Below the pieces are notes generated by a model that was not told the origin of the DNA, made no database searches, and worked only from the letters and a program-made list of their open reading frames with translations. A stretch of DNA of 53,561 nt from Candidatus Asbonarchaeum danakilense. GTDB taxonomy: Archaea > Nanohalarchaeota > Nanosalinia > Nanosalinales > Nanoanaerosalinaceae. The translations under genes and the position numbers were made by a program. This document shows positions 52,084 to 53,561 of this stretch, piece after piece (position 1 is the stretch's first letter; each line of letters starts with the position of its first letter). The stretch lies in the NCBI GenBank assembly GCA_034190465.1, contig JAXINV010000003.1, forward strand, positions 46,047 to 99,607. Reading direction: 5' to 3'.

Positions 52084-53343
52084 ATGGGACCGATCGACTA
52101 CCTCGGTGCATGGCGGGACCGGCTGTGGCTCCGCTACAACGGCATCAATCACGAGATTGAACTTGACGACACGCTGGACGAGGAGCTGTCCGCCTCGACC
52201 CGGCGGTCGATGGATCGGGCCGTGACCGCGCTGGACGGGATCGTCGACGACTACGACCCGGCGATCTACAAGGTCGAGGAGCTGGACGACGACACACCCG
52301 CCGTCGGACGGTACAAGGGCCGGGACGGCGGCCGGCCGCTGATAAGGATGGTTCCGGACGCGGCCAACTTCCCGGCGATCTGGGCGCACGAGCTGGGCCA
52401 CGATATCACCGCGACGCTGGACGTTCTTCCCGACGACTCCAACCTGGTGACGACCACGTTCGACGAGATGGCCGCCTATCTGGCGATGTTCGAAGTGGCG
52501 GAGCGGACAGGCGACACGCCGCTGCACCTGAGCGGGCCGTTCAGGATCAGCCATGCGGATGAATGGCAGCGGCTTCGCGACGGTGTCGAGCTGGACGACA
52601 TCCTTGCACCCGTCGAGGGAGCATTTCCCGACAGCTATGACGCGGTCCTGGACGCGGCAGCCGACATCGACCACCTGCATCCCGGGACCGCGGGACTGGA
52701 GCGGGAGACGTCGATGGTCGGCGCCTACCTGGGCAACCCTGCTGCAGCAGACCTCCAGGCGCTGGCAGTGGTCGACGACCGGGAACGGGACGAGGCGGTC
52801 GCGATGTTACAGGAGGCGTACGTCGAACGTGACGACCCGCTGCAGCGACGAGTGCAGGACACGGTCGAGGACTACCTCGAGGAAACGTTCTCCGGCCGGC
52901 ACGCGGTCGATATGCGGGAGCAGCACGACGATGTGACCGGGACCGTGGAGCAGTACGAGCAGGACCGACTCGACGAGGTGTACGACGACGTGATGGCGGA
53001 CCTGGTCGCCGAGACCCTGGATGATGCCCTGGCGGTGGAACGGCCCGATGTAGAGGACGCTGAGGACATCGTCGAGATGCTTGGCGGTGAGACCTACGGC
53101 AGCGGGGAGCACGGCTACGACGACTACATCGACCTGCCGCACCCGGTCGGCTATGAGCTGGCGCAGGAGCTGTACCGTGAAGGGACAGGTATCGCCGACA
53201 TCGTCGACGATCCGGAACCGTACGCCGATCTTGCGGAGGAAGCGCTCGTCCACACGGTGGACCACGGTCTGGACGGCGGTAGCACGAACAGCTACGATAT
53301 CGGTGAGGTGCTGGACCGACACGAACAGCGGAGAAGTGAATAA
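52084..53343 (+). CDS. acidic protein with HExxH zinc-metallopeptidase-like motif
   Basis: AIWAHELGHDI followed about 25 residues later by FDEMAAY (gluzincin-like spacing). The rest is unrecognised. Confidence 0.5.
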   Translation: MGPIDYLGAWRDRLWLRYNGINHEIELDDTLDEELSASTRRSMDRAVTALDGIVDDYDPAIYKVEELDDDTPAVGRYKGRDGGRPLIRMVPDAANFPAIWAHELGHDITATLDVLPDDSNLVTTTFDEMAAYLAMFEVAERTGDTPLHLSGPFRISHADEWQRLRDGVELDDILAPVEGAFPDSYDAVLDAAADIDHLHPGTAGLERETSMVGAYLGNPAAADLQALAVVDDRERDEAVAMLQEAYVERDDPLQRRVQDTVEDYLEETFSGRHAVDMREQHDDVTGTVEQYEQDRLDEVYDDVMADLVAETLDDALAVERPDVEDAEDIVEMLGGETYGSGEHGYDDYIDLPHPVGYELAQELYREGTGIADIVDDPEPYADLAEEALVHTVDHGLDGGSTNSYDIGEVLDRHEQRRSE

Positions 53344-53350
53344 AAAAATA
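53341..53350 (+). promoter_or_regulatory. TATA-like box for the tRNA gene
   Basis: TAAAAAAATA lies 29-38 nt upstream of tRNA position 1 and overlaps the stop codon of the preceding CDS. Confidence 0.4.
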
Positions 53351-53378
53351 GGGTGCTACATCGAACATACGGCATCAA

Positions 53379-53559
53379 GCGGCCTTGGTCCAGTGGCTAA
53401 ACCTCTGCGAGGTTCATGCCTCGAGGTAAACCCTCCCGGGTTTCCAGAGTGGCTAAGACTCCGGCCTTCCATGGCGGGTCAGCCGATATCTGCACGGACC
53501 GGCTGGGACAAGCCTGCTGGAGACAGCCGGCGACCCGGGTTCAACTCCCGGAGGCCGCA
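53379..53559 (+). tRNA. tRNA-Gly(UCC) with two introns (exons 53379-53400, 53457-53471, 53525-53559)
   Basis: Acceptor GCGGCCT/AGGCCGC, T arm CCGGG-TTCAACT-CCCGG, anticodon stem CCGGC/GCCGG, loop CU-UCC-A|intron|A. Canonical BHB at 37/38. C2-G71, G3-C70 and A73 are present. The spliced length is 72 nt. Confidence 0.8.
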
Positions 53560-53561
53560 TT

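Noticed and set aside
53401-53524. C/D-box sRNA embedded in the tRNA introns, as in haloarchaeal tRNA-Trp.
   Set aside because: Neither intron contains an RUGAUGA (C box) / CUGA (D box) pair.
1-53561. CRISPR arrays, rRNA genes, transposases, integrases, prophage or toxin-antitoxin modules, including near the tRNA at the window end.
   Set aside because: I scanned both strands and all gaps longer than 80 nt. No spaced direct repeats, no recognisable IS, integrase or phage motifs, and no rRNA-like sequence were seen.

Overview
This is a GC-rich (roughly 60% by eye), very tightly packed archaeal chromosome segment. I call about 68 protein-coding genes and one tRNA, with coding density above 90%. 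I found no rRNA, CRISPR array, transposase or integrase.

Taxonomy (inference only). Almost all encoded proteins are strongly acidic (Asp/Glu-rich), which fits a salt-in halophile. The archaeal housekeeping markers look only moderately similar to the Halobacteria versions as I remember them. These markers are RNase P proteins Rpp30/Pop5/Rpp21, proteasome alpha, SBDS, deoxyhypusine synthase, XPB, a Dpo4-type DinB, RNase Z and a THUMP tRNA methyltransferase. Genes are short, and many acidic ORFs have no family I recognise. I therefore suspect a nanohaloarchaeon-like (DPANN) or other deep-branching halophile.

Metabolism and transport:
- Central metabolism: pyruvate kinase, ATP-type PEP carboxykinase, and an orphan 2-oxoacid dehydrogenase E1 alpha/beta pair.
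- Other enzymes: a Tat-exported GH15 glucoamylase, an aldo-keto reductase, FolC and an FNR-like reductase.
- A deoxyribose/nucleoside cluster: a DeoC-like gene plus several NDT/Rcl-fold genes.
- Transporters: PiT, MgtE, CaCA, MscS and AI-2E.

Most notable observations:
1. A tRNA-Gly(UCC) carries two introns, one at a non-canonical D-arm site.
2. A 55-nt double-hairpin insertion splits a conserved membrane-protein gene across two reading frames.
3. The DeoC homolog lacks the Schiff-base lysine and is translationally coupled to NDT-like genes.
4. Convergent genes repeatedly share palindromic stop codons (CTAG five times).
5. TATA boxes sit at very regular spacing, implying mostly leaderless mRNAs. 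One perfectly centred TATA box is shared by a divergent gene pair.
6. Two divergent single-domain AAA+ ATPases have unusual acidic N-terminal modules.
7. Several enzyme-fold proteins have lost canonical catalytic or P-loop residues.

Limits. All functional calls come from motif recognition by eye and from memory. No database search was run.
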